The notes beneath the pieces are model-generated. The model was not told where the DNA came from and did no database searches. It saw nothing but the letters and a program-made list of their open reading frames with translations. Of a stretch of 64,000 bases of DNA, positions 9,401 through 16,939 are shown piece after piece. The stretch's first letter is position 1, and each line of letters opens with the position of its first letter. The position numbers and the translations under genes are program-made. The DNA is from Candidatus Moraniibacteriota bacterium (GTDB taxonomy: Bacteria; Patescibacteriota; Minisyncoccia; Moranbacterales; GWC2-37-73). Where the stretch lies: positions 9,564-73,563 of the forward strand of contig JAAXUC010000003.1 of assembly GCA_013336225.1 (NCBI GenBank). The letters are read 5' to 3'.

Positions 9401-11185
9401 GCTACCAAAGCTCAAATAGAAGTATTCACCAGTCCAACCTTGAGTGCTGACACCTTGGTGGCAACAACTCCGATTGAATCAGAATTTGCAGTGGTGCACA
9501 CCATTCATCTTTCTGGACTTACCAGTGGCACTCAATATTATCTCAAAATCACCGCCACTGATTCCTCAACCGCTGACAATGAGGGTCGAACCGGTGTTCT
9601 TGCTTATAGTGCTGATGGAATTCCAACTCTGTCTTTCTCCACTCTTGGCACTCTTAAAACCATCAGCAATATCGATGAATCAATCGTCACTGATTCCAAG
9701 GCTGTCATTACATTTGTCACCGACCAAGATGCTAAATGTTACATTGACTTTAAGGACTCGCTCAGTGCAACCTATAATGATCTCTCAGACAGTTTGGAAA
9801 AAGATTTCTATAAGAATCATTCCATCACACTGACGCAGCTTCTTTCCAAGACAGCCTATGACTACAAGATTTCTTGTATCGATAAAAATGATGTCACAGT
9901 GACAGCTGATGAACATCACTTCACAACAACTGAGAAAGGTTTAACTCAAGGTGATGTGGATGCTCAATCTGACAATACTGCTCCTGTGATCAGCAGTATT
10001 TCTCTGGACAAAGTGACAGGGGAAAGCGCCACCATCACTTGGAACACGGATGAGGCGGCGAATAGTCTTATCTTATATGAAGTTGAAGGCTCAGATTTTA
10101 CGATAGTGGCTGGCGATGCAATTGTGATTTCTGACATTAAGGAATATGCAACAACTCATTCAGTGGCCATCAATAATTTGATTCCTGCAACAAAATACAC
10201 CTTCATTTCAATGTCAACTGACACAGGCGGAAATATTGCGCAGTCTTCGCAATCATCATTCACAACCAAGCAACCATCTGGTCTTTCCTCGGTGAAAGTT
10301 GTTTCCAAAGCTCTTGGACAAGCCACAGTGACCTGGACAACAGGACAAGCGGTTTCATCCTTAGTGGAATATGGGCTAACCACGGGATATGGGGATAAAA
10401 AAGAGAGCAATACAAAAGTAAAAGAACATGAGATTACAATAACTGACCTTAAGGCTGGTGAAGAATATCATTTGCGCGTCAAAGGAACGAGTGACGCTGG
10501 TGAACTTTTTGCATCCTCCGACATTACTTTCCAGCCCAAGGCTCCTCCAAAAATTTCAGATTTCAAGATTGATGAAATTACAGAACACGGCGCAACTGTG
10601 AAATTCAACACCAATGTTCCAACTGATTCACTGATAACCTATACCGATGCTGATAAAGAAGAAAATTCAGGCTTTCAAGGAAAACCAGAAGTTGCAACCA
10701 AACATGAAATGCAACTCAAAAACATGGAAAGTGGAAGAACGTATGGAATTAAGTTGAAAGTTCGCGATGAAGAAGGCAATGAAACTGAAGAAACTTTCCA
10801 GAATTTCACCACTACTAAAGACGAGAAACCTCCAGTGATCGATCGCGTCAAAACTGATGCAGCCTTGACCCAAACTGACAAAGTTCAAGCCATCATCTCT
10901 TGGACCACTGATGAAATGTCCACCGGAGAAGTGATTTACAAAGAAGGAAAAACAGGAGACGAAAAGAAATTTGAAGTGAACAGTTCTCCAAGTTTCTCAC
11001 ACATCGGAGTCATCACCAGTTTCAAAGCTGGCGTCGTGTATTACTTCAAAGTCAAATCAATTGATCAGGCTGGCAACGTTGCCAATTCAACTGACTACGC
11101 TGTGCTTACTCCCAAGAAAAGACAAAACATCATTCAGGTCATCATTGGAAACTTCACCGACATCTTCGGTTGGGCTAAGTTTTAG
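3440..11185 (+). CDS. Giant 2581-aa secreted/surface protein: signal peptide, six NHL repeats, glycine-rich module, Ig-like (Big) repeats, FN3 repeats
   Basis: Signal-like N-terminus. Six 47-aa P.GVA.DS..NLYVSD..NNRILK repeats, recurring D(T/N)(T/I)AP Ig-domain ends, FN3-type C-terminal region. Confidence 0.85.
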   Translation: MNKVKMKKIAKQEFDSVKKKLFSLGIISILVFLLCANMSSAAVNSATYDSAIKSFAGVPSPTYETMSWVSSDGRQGDLLAGVNLIISGLSPTTMTPYGVAVDSINNLYVVDYGNNRILKRSEDGTTWTNITISGLALNSFNSPFAVATDSVDNLYVSDSGNNRILKRSADGTTWTEITISGLTPSTFSNPNGTALDSIGNLYVSDSGNNRILKRSADGTTWTDIVISGLTPSTFSNPRDVKIDSSGVLYVADTTNNRILRRSADGTTWTNITISGLTPSTFNLPYRVTVDSSDNLYVSDLNNNRILKRSADGATWTKITITELTPGTFSQPVGLAIDRKGALYVGDYGNGRVIKLYSGTSITMRVRTGNATMSNAAAWSSSCDVASSGANIGIENPCVRSGDQYVQYQAILSTDVGINTPSLSSVTIATQTTYAQSFLNLISSPFNTGNANNSVQKITWSASNDAGSDPAQGTVQFQLRTSPDNVTWGQWCGPTACDAAPGGGVSDFYTDKAGATAINVAQKDSNGDQWIQYATFLKSNDGTTTPTLSNVTMQYAYNVPPAITIDSNPANLKQTSTGTFQVPYTLSETYDDLGVIAHGTAAAPIKALLFYQPKNDVTLNGATPSGQSTTAVTKIWGVGGTDGNTAAGNYTFTVPAGVTNIRDIELAGGGGGSGACVSSVLGGDGGASTLTYASLSRGVASGGTGSGYDGSVDACTTGNDSTATNIIGGVNTAGAGANGSTLGGGKGGLISGGSLAVTPGSQVNLIVGAGGIAATGGTAGNMGWIKITYDVTSEGAQTTGLVSINNPSNVPIPSTGSMLIDNELMTFDSVGATGNQRNITGRAATFATSYSTTAVSHTTSSPIFFATSASIQTIDTLIETDTPGAQATINNTFIWDPRADATNNLSGNKLDGALFKVVANDADASNFNTIGQSATTGAQTIDLQAPTITSITTDEAHTATGANILYLNKNSAQIPLTVNFSENISFDATGGKTITLTLNSGTCTIAESILNSNVATCQYAIGADEETPVGEKLKLAAPFVAASTAITDGFANTLTNFTPAANLDAATNIVIDNIAPTANDLTDIITKDQFTSANLNAQDSDGSGIASYAWSKVSGPGTITFGSSTASETTISANTDGPYVLQVVITDNSGNAITKTLNLIWDTTNPANISKPNVPSLTNDNTPNITWDQFTDANGLEKYEVQRKTDTVGDNFATIQTITDTATLETANPTFTESTLADDTYFYQIIATDKAGNVQTSPASDAMTVDTIAPTLLYFYSTSPDSTVLDPTASGNINLVAVYDEAVNTGNVQVRVGPMSATVNVTLDQVLETTKLQGSFTIGAPRTGYDTTPDPLKIEQILAQSVSDQAGNVQAQTLATIEDNMNLVARGNSIIIDTTPPILNSFTIENNSVTAFKQQNNAFTLVANYNKTIQAGGNLKVKLNTGSSSPEITLTNSAAGKKLTASYSVQADENANDLKVEAVLEQNVLDGKGAPANYIGNILDGTYAANAGDPVINLAGFQVDTAAPTLGATPIAIQNSNGKTSDSTPTITLSATDNFNLSKAIFSLNSGTAWCAPISYGTAINTFDITSIACGGSATNGIKTVTVKFVDAAGNESAASAASVEFDDSKPQLQTITTDTITGIYGPGTVIKIIATYDEAITSGSLSLILNNGKQLNLSTIENGNTLTATYTVGDLLEDTNKLKVATIVSQSVADTSEPVNTQDSTSLAGITENLDTNKTVEIDTTAPAATVTVDRSKDNNQIHLDATDKNSANMQAEILVLESETGTCSFTNNWISYADNVDTTLIENTASSRKVCARFKDELGNVSNEIAVIIPETPSGVQIDDISNSEIPFYGSMLTWSIPTIKGTNNGSGDAFAQYEIAKCGPSESEECTPDFAQFTSITDISRNYFVSDNLTAEKFYCYQMRFKDMHGDYSKLSKNTCFQAGHAPAVTDSQVSIISGNPDDIQIGNVTEQGATVFFQTKDSKYNRPIATKAQIEVFTSPTLSADTLVATTPIESEFAVVHTIHLSGLTSGTQYYLKITATDSSTADNEGRTGVLAYSADGIPTLSFSTLGTLKTISNIDESIVTDSKAVITFVTDQDAKCYIDFKDSLSATYNDLSDSLEKDFYKNHSITLTQLLSKTAYDYKISCIDKNDVTVTADEHHFTTTEKGLTQGDVDAQSDNTAPVISSISLDKVTGESATITWNTDEAANSLILYEVEGSDFTIVAGDAIVISDIKEYATTHSVAINNLIPATKYTFISMSTDTGGNIAQSSQSSFTTKQPSGLSSVKVVSKALGQATVTWTTGQAVSSLVEYGLTTGYGDKKESNTKVKEHEITITDLKAGEEYHLRVKGTSDAGELFASSDITFQPKAPPKISDFKIDEITEHGATVKFNTNVPTDSLITYTDADKEENSGFQGKPEVATKHEMQLKNMESGRTYGIKLKVRDEEGNETEETFQNFTTTKDEKPPVIDRVKTDAALTQTDKVQAIISWTTDEMSTGEVIYKEGKTGDEKKFEVNSSPSFSHIGVITSFKAGVVYYFKVKSIDQAGNVANSTDYAVLTPKKRQNIIQVIIGNFTDIFGWAKF
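3693..4506 (+). repeat. Six ~141-bp intragenic NHL repeats (predicted six-bladed beta-propeller)
   Basis: ISGLTPSTF..P....DS..NLYVSD..NNRILKRSADGTTWT x6. Confidence 0.85.
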
Positions 11186-11336
11186 AACTTAGCTCGGACA
11201 AATCAAAGGGGATCGGGGAAAAGAATTTTCCCCGTGGAAGGAAAGTTTTGAAAACCGTGGGTTTTCAAGGAGCGAAGCGACTTGGTTGCGGCAAATTCTA
11301 AAATTTCGTCCAAACGAAAGGAAAGGGGTCGGGGAA
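11173..11336 (+). repeat. Second copy of the ~116-bp structured repeat, units B-A(partial), overlapping the stop codon
   Basis: Near-identical to 1916..2080. Confidence 0.85.
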
Positions 11337-11409
11337 GTGCAATCTTGCTGCAGTATTGATATTTTGTGATATAATGGAGTTAACGATAAAATAGTAATAA
11401 AAAAATAAT

Positions 11410-11826
11410 ATGACTGACAATAAAAAAACAGTGCTCATCGCAGAAGATGAAGATGATTTGCGAGAAATGTATACCATGGCTTTGACTGGTAAAGGTTATG
11501 AAGTTCTGCAAGCTATAAATGGTGTGGAAGCTTTGGATTGGCTCGAGAAGAGCTACACCCAAATAGATTTAATTCTTTTGGATATCGTAATGCCGGGTAT
11601 GGATGGCTTTGAAACTTTGGGAAAAATCAAGAAGCAAGAGAATTACGCTCATATCCCCGTGCTTGTTTCAACCAATCTGGACAATGACGAAGATCGTGCT
11701 CAAGCTTTAGGTATGGGCGCCAAGGATTACTTTGTCAAATCTCAACATACTCCCTCAGAATTGGTGGAAAAGGTGAATGATGTGTTGAAAATAGAGGCAG
11801 AAGAAATTGCCAGAAAACTTATATAA
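11410..11826 (+). CDS. Single-domain response regulator (CheY-like receiver)
   Basis: VLIAEDE, DLILLDIVMPGMDGF, AKDYFVK. Confidence 0.9.
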   Translation: MTDNKKTVLIAEDEDDLREMYTMALTGKGYEVLQAINGVEALDWLEKSYTQIDLILLDIVMPGMDGFETLGKIKKQENYAHIPVLVSTNLDNDEDRAQALGMGAKDYFVKSQHTPSELVEKVNDVLKIEAEEIARKLI

Positions 11827-11828
11827 AA

Positions 11829-12003
11829 GGGTATTAATACCCCAGGGCAAGCCCTGGACCCTTTGGGCTCACGAGGCAAGACACGTCGCTCGCGAGCGAA
11901 CATGTCAAGCCTCGAGGTATTAAACCTTTTGGTATCGTCGCTCACCGCCAGCTGGCGGACGGAAATGATTGTCTGCTGACAAATCATTTCGCTCGTTTCG
12001 CTA
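11829..12003. repeat. Cluster of nested GC-rich palindromes (REP-like)
   Basis: gggtattaataccc, ccagggcaagccctgg, cgaggcaag[insert]cctcg, ccgccagctggcgg, gaaatgatt..aatcatttc. Confidence 0.7.
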
Positions 12004-12151
12004 GATAATAAAAAATATCTTTAGCAGTATTTGCAAAAAACGTTCACAATGAACGTTTTTTGTTTTATCGATTGACTAAAAAGGCAAATAGCTGTAAAGT
12101 ATAGGATGCACGATAAGATTCTTTTAGGGCTAGAAATAGCCAAAAATTCCT

Positions 12152-13471
12152 ATGAAAAGCACGAAAAAAATTGAAAATAAAGTGGAACTGCTCGCGCCGG
12201 CTGGCAGTCCTGAGAAGCTTAAGTATGCCATCAAATATGGAGCTGATGCTGTCTATTGCGGAGTGCCGGATGTTTCAATGCGCGCCCGCGTCAACACTTT
12301 TTCAGAAAAAGACATCTTAGAGGCAGCTGAATATGTGCACAGTGTTGGCAAGAAAATTTATGTGACTTTGAATATTTATGCCCACAACTACCACTTGCCA
12401 AAAATCGAAGCGCATTTGAAATTTTTGAAAAAGGCAAATATCGACGCTGTCATCGTGGCTGATCCCGGCGTGATTGCGTTGGTCAAAAAACATTTGCCAA
12501 AAGTGGCAATCCATCTTAGTACTCAAGCGAATGTGACCAATTGGCAAGCAGCAAAATTTTGGCACGACCTGGGAATCGTGCGCATTGTGTTGGCTCGCGA
12601 AGTCACCTTGGCAGATATTTTGGAAATACGAAAGCATGTGCCCAAACTGGAATTGGAATATTTTGTGCATGGAGCAATGTGCATGAGCTATTCTGGACGC
12701 TGCATTTTGAGTAAATGGATGAGTGGCAAAAGCGCAAACTTGGGAGACTGCACGCAACCATGCAGATGGGGCTATAAAGCAATAGAAAATGTACAAAACA
12801 CAAAAGACAATAAAGGTGGATTGCAAAATGTAGGAGAATGCAAAACCATGGAAGTTGAGGAAGTTCAGAGTGGACGACCAGTTTTGCTGGAAGAGGATTC
12901 ACATGGGACATATTTTTTTAATAGTAAGGATTTGAATCTCTTGGCGCATTTGCAGGAACTTAGAAATGCGGGCGTGACGTCGTTTAAAATTGAGGGGCGC
13001 AATAAGAGCGTGTTCTATGTGGCCAACGTCTGCAGGGCCTATAGGAGCGTACTGGACGCTATTGAGGGTGAAAAAACAGCTCAAGCGATCAGTAAAATTG
13101 AAAAATTGGCAGCCAAAAACCTTGAAAAATTGGCAAATCGTGGCTACACCAAAGGATTTTTGCTGGGAAATGAACCAGAACATGGATTTGGCGGGCAACA
13201 ATCCAATGGAGAATTTCAATTTGTGGGTGAAATTTTGGCCAGTGATGGTAAGGAATTGACTGCTAAAATTCACAATGTGGTGAAGCCTGGCGACACTCTG
13301 GAAATCATCACAAAAGAAAAAAACATTGCAGTTAAGATTGGTGCCATCTATAATAAAGATAGGGAAGAAGTTGTTTCAGCTCATGGCGGACATAAGGATA
13401 TTTATTATATCAAAATTGATAAAAATAATATTGAGCCATATTCATTGTTAATGAAAATAATTAATAAATAA
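12152..13471 (+). CDS. Peptidase U32 family protein (TrhP/YegQ-like Fe-S tRNA hydroxylase)
   Basis: ELLAPAGS, GADAVY, HLSTQAN, FVHGAMCMSYSGRC...N.G.C.QPCR, KIEGR. Confidence 0.85.
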   Translation: MKSTKKIENKVELLAPAGSPEKLKYAIKYGADAVYCGVPDVSMRARVNTFSEKDILEAAEYVHSVGKKIYVTLNIYAHNYHLPKIEAHLKFLKKANIDAVIVADPGVIALVKKHLPKVAIHLSTQANVTNWQAAKFWHDLGIVRIVLAREVTLADILEIRKHVPKLELEYFVHGAMCMSYSGRCILSKWMSGKSANLGDCTQPCRWGYKAIENVQNTKDNKGGLQNVGECKTMEVEEVQSGRPVLLEEDSHGTYFFNSKDLNLLAHLQELRNAGVTSFKIEGRNKSVFYVANVCRAYRSVLDAIEGEKTAQAISKIEKLAAKNLEKLANRGYTKGFLLGNEPEHGFGGQQSNGEFQFVGEILASDGKELTAKIHNVVKPGDTLEIITKEKNIAVKIGAIYNKDREEVVSAHGGHKDIYYIKIDKNNIEPYSLLMKIINK

Positions 13472-13489
13472 GTAATTTTTAATAAAGTT

Positions 13490-14473
13490 ATGAATATTCA
13501 AGAAATTTATAAATTAGCAATAGAGATGGGAATTAAAGCTGATTTTCGTTCGAAAGAAAAAATTGAAAAACTTTTGAAACGTGAGCAAGAAAAATATGCT
13601 GAACTTTCTAAAACAAAGAAGGAAATTTTTGATCAAGAAAAATTGACGAATCCATATTCTGATTCCAAGATTCATTTTGCTGGCGGCGCAAAAAATATCA
13701 AGAAGATTATGGCAGGAATTGATATTGATACTTCAGAATTAATGATGGCCAGATATCTTTCAAATCACAATCCAAAGCCATTTGATTTGGTGCTAGGACA
13801 TCATCCCGAAGGAAAAGCTTTGGCTGATTTGTCAGATGTCATGCATTTGCAAGCTGATTTGCTTAGTCAATATGGCGTGCCAATCAACATTGCTGAAAGC
13901 TTGATGAAAACAAGGATTGGCGAAGTTAGTCGTGGGGTGAGCGCCTCCAATCATTTTAAGGAGGTTGATGCTGCTCGTTTGCTTGAAATGAACTTCATGA
14001 ATGTGCATACCCCTTGCGACAATTTGGTGGCGAGATTTGTGGAAGCTAAATTAAACAAAGATAAGCCTGAAACAGTGGGTGATATTTTGAAATCACTCTT
14101 GGAAATTCCTGAATACAAAGAAGGAGCCAAGCGCGGCGCTGGACCACGCTTGTTCACTGGTAGTGAGGAAAATAGTGTAGGGAGGATTGCCTTTTCGGAA
14201 ATAACTGGGGGAACCTCTGGCAGCGCAAAGATGTATGAAAAGATGTCACAAGCAGGCATTGGCACCATTATCTCCATGCATCAAAGCGAAGAACATCGTA
14301 AAGAGGCAGAGGCTGCCCATATCAACGTGGTTATCGCAGGGCACATTTCTTCAGACTCAATCGGTATGAATTTATTTCTGGATGAGCTGGAAAAGAAGGG
14401 AATTGAAATCGTGCCATGTAGTGGTCTGATAAGGGTTAGTAGAGTTAAGAAGGAAAAAGCTATCAGAAAATAA
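13490..14473 (+). CDS. NIF3-like (NGG1p-interacting factor) metal-binding protein
   Basis: GIDID, HHPEG, HTPCDN, SMH, AGHISSDSIGMN. Confidence 0.75.
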   Translation: MNIQEIYKLAIEMGIKADFRSKEKIEKLLKREQEKYAELSKTKKEIFDQEKLTNPYSDSKIHFAGGAKNIKKIMAGIDIDTSELMMARYLSNHNPKPFDLVLGHHPEGKALADLSDVMHLQADLLSQYGVPINIAESLMKTRIGEVSRGVSASNHFKEVDAARLLEMNFMNVHTPCDNLVARFVEAKLNKDKPETVGDILKSLLEIPEYKEGAKRGAGPRLFTGSEENSVGRIAFSEITGGTSGSAKMYEKMSQAGIGTIISMHQSEEHRKEAEAAHINVVIAGHISSDSIGMNLFLDELEKKGIEIVPCSGLIRVSRVKKEKAIRK

Positions 14474-14502
14474 TATTATTATTTTTACTTATTAAGCTGT
14501 AT

Positions 14503-14612
14503 AATTTCGAATTCTGAATTTCGAATTTCGAATCAAGCTTGAATGATTGAATGTTTAAAAAATTAAAACATTAAAAATTCATTCAAAATTCAAAATTGGA
14601 AATTTAAAATTA
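14503..14612. repeat. Intergenic heptamer-repeat hairpin element (AATTTCG / TTCAAAA arms)
   Basis: Homologous to 61488..61598 and 40026..40150. Confidence 0.8.
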
Positions 14613-14620
14613 ATTTACTC

Positions 14621-15889
14621 ATGATTTATAAAAAAACAACTTTAAAAAATGGTTTGCGAATTTTGACCATTCCAGTCAAGGGAACGCAAACAGCGACAGT
14701 GATGTTGATGGTTGGAGTTGGTTCTCGTTATGAATCAGAAAAACAAGCTGGCCTTTCGCATTTCATTGAGCACATGCTTTTCAAAGGCACGGTCAAACGC
14801 CCAACTGCGCAATCAATTTCTGAGGAACTTGATGCGATTGGCGGTGAGTTCAATGCTTTCACTGCTAAAGATAAAACAGCATATTATGCCAAAGTTGATT
14901 CAAAGCATATTGAAAAAGCACTTGACGTGGTGTCTGACATTTTTCTCAATTCAAAATTGGAGCAAGCAGAAATCAACAGAGAACGAGGACCAATTTTACA
15001 GGAGCTTAGCATGTATGAAGATGAACCGCGCAGAAGTGTGGGGGATGAATTTGAAAAAATGCTATATGTCGATCAGCCAATCGGGCGCGGAATTGTGGGC
15101 TACAAAAAAACCATTTCAGAATTTAAGCGCAAAGATTTCGTGGCTTATATGAAAAAACATTATAACGCCAATGAAACAGTGGTTTGCGTGGCAGGAAAAT
15201 TCAAGGAGGATGAAATTTTGTCACAAATAAAATCATATTTCCTGGCCTTTCCAACTGGCGCAAAAGCGCAAATGAAAAAAGTTGTTGAAAAACAAGCAAT
15301 TCCTGCTGTGCATCTTAAGTTTAAAAAAACAGACCAGACGCATTTCATTTTAGGCAATCGCGCCTATCATCAAGATCACAAAGATCGCTATGTCTTGGCT
15401 TTGCTTTCAATTATTCTGGGTGGAAATATGAGCAGTCGTTTGTTTATTGAAATTCGCGAACGCAGAGGTTTGGCATATTTTGTGCATACCAGTGTGGACA
15501 CCTATCAAGATTGCGGATATATCGCAACTCAAGCTGGCGTCGAGCATAACAAGATTGAGCAGGCAATCACTGCTGTTTTGGCTGAATATAAAAAAGTTAC
15601 CACTGAAAAAGTGGGGGAGAAGGAATTGCAAAAAGCCAAGGATTATGTGAAAGGGCGCGCTGTGATGGGATTGGAAGCTTCCGATGATGTGGCGATGTTT
15701 TTCATTGATCAAGAAATGCACAAAGAAAAAATCATGACCCCCAAAGAAGTTTTTGCTAAAATAGATGCAGTGACGGTGGATGACATTTTGCGCGTGGGCA
15801 AAGATGTTTTTCAAAATAGTAAATTGAATTTGGCAATCGTAGGACCACATAAAAACAATAAAAAGCTCCAAGCTCTTTTGAAGATTTAA
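14621..15889 (+). CDS. M16 family zinc peptidase
   Basis: HFIEH (HxxEH) motif, NAFT, SSRLFIEIRERRGLAY. Confidence 0.92.
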   Translation: MIYKKTTLKNGLRILTIPVKGTQTATVMLMVGVGSRYESEKQAGLSHFIEHMLFKGTVKRPTAQSISEELDAIGGEFNAFTAKDKTAYYAKVDSKHIEKALDVVSDIFLNSKLEQAEINRERGPILQELSMYEDEPRRSVGDEFEKMLYVDQPIGRGIVGYKKTISEFKRKDFVAYMKKHYNANETVVCVAGKFKEDEILSQIKSYFLAFPTGAKAQMKKVVEKQAIPAVHLKFKKTDQTHFILGNRAYHQDHKDRYVLALLSIILGGNMSSRLFIEIRERRGLAYFVHTSVDTYQDCGYIATQAGVEHNKIEQAITAVLAEYKKVTTEKVGEKELQKAKDYVKGRAVMGLEASDDVAMFFIDQEMHKEKIMTPKEVFAKIDAVTVDDILRVGKDVFQNSKLNLAIVGPHKNNKKLQALLKI

Positions 15890-15910
15890 ATCTTAAAGGC
15901 GTCTAATATC

Positions 15911-16939
15911 ATGGAAAAACCACACATAGAAATCTCGACAGGATTTATCGTAAAGACAATTTCTATTATCCTAGGATTATGGTTTTTGTATTTGGTTCGT
16001 GATGTTGTGGCACTGTTTTTCTTGTCCATTATTTTGACTGCCACACTTGGACCAGCCATCGATTGGATGGCAAAACGCAGGATTCCAAGATCATTGGGTG
16101 TGATTGTGATTTATTTGGCGTTGATTCTGATGGTTGGTGTACTGATTTCATTTTTGATTCCACCGTTGGTGAGTCAATTTGCAAGTTTTTCACAAAATCT
16201 TCCAGCTTATAATGAATCTTTTGCCAAAACATTCAGTGGCGTTGAACAGTACGCTCTTTCCTACGGAATTGCCTTCAACAGTCATGAATTTTTTCAAAAC
16301 ATCACTGGCAATTTCTTTCAATCTTCTGGCCAGCTTTTTTCTACCACAGTTGGAGTTTTTTCATTCTTTATTTCGATCTTGGTCATTTTGGCACTCACTT
16401 TTTACATGTCAGTGAAAGAGGATGGCATGAATAAATTTTTGGTTTCAATCACACCGCTGGCGCACCGAAAATATGTTGTTTCACTTGCCAATAGAATCAA
16501 AAGCAAAATTGGGAAATGGATGGTGGGGCAGATAATTTTGATGCTGATAATATTTGTGCTTGATTTCATTGCACTTTCCATTTTCAATGTACCATATGCG
16601 CTTATCTTGGCACTGCTGGCAGGCTTACTGGAAATTGTGCCATATCTTGGTCCAATCATTTCAGCCACTTTGGCTTCGATTGTGGGTTTCTTGATTTCTC
16701 CTGCTACGGGAATTATTGTGCTTGGCGTGCTGACAATCATTCAGCAGATGGAAAGTCACATCATCGTGCCACAGGTCATGAAGAAAGCAGTCGGTCTCAA
16801 TCCGGTGGTGGTGATTTTGGTGCTGTTGATTGGAGCCCAATTGGGCGGTGTGCTGGGTGCAATTTTGGCAGTGCCAATTGCAACTTCGCTCAGTGTCTTC
16901 ATTGGAGATTTGGTTGATAAGAACGAAAGTTATGTCTGA
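15911..16939 (+). CDS. AI-2E family transporter (PerM-like)
   Basis: Multiple TM helices; LEIVPYLGP, QQMESHIIVP.VM..AVGLNP, GAILAVP. Confidence 0.88.
   Translation: MEKPHIEISTGFIVKTISIILGLWFLYLVRDVVALFFLSIILTATLGPAIDWMAKRRIPRSLGVIVIYLALILMVGVLISFLIPPLVSQFASFSQNLPAYNESFAKTFSGVEQYALSYGIAFNSHEFFQNITGNFFQSSGQLFSTTVGVFSFFISILVILALTFYMSVKEDGMNKFLVSITPLAHRKYVVSLANRIKSKIGKWMVGQIILMLIIFVLDFIALSIFNVPYALILALLAGLLEIVPYLGPIISATLASIVGFLISPATGIIVLGVLTIIQQMESHIIVPQVMKKAVGLNPVVVILVLLIGAQLGGVLGAILAVPIATSLSVFIGDLVDKNESYV

Noticed and set aside
1-11185. Possible diversity-generating retroelement (TR/VR pair)
   Set aside because: The near-identical segments are both coding and differ mainly at synonymous sites, not specifically at adenines. 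No reverse transcriptase or Avd gene is in the window.
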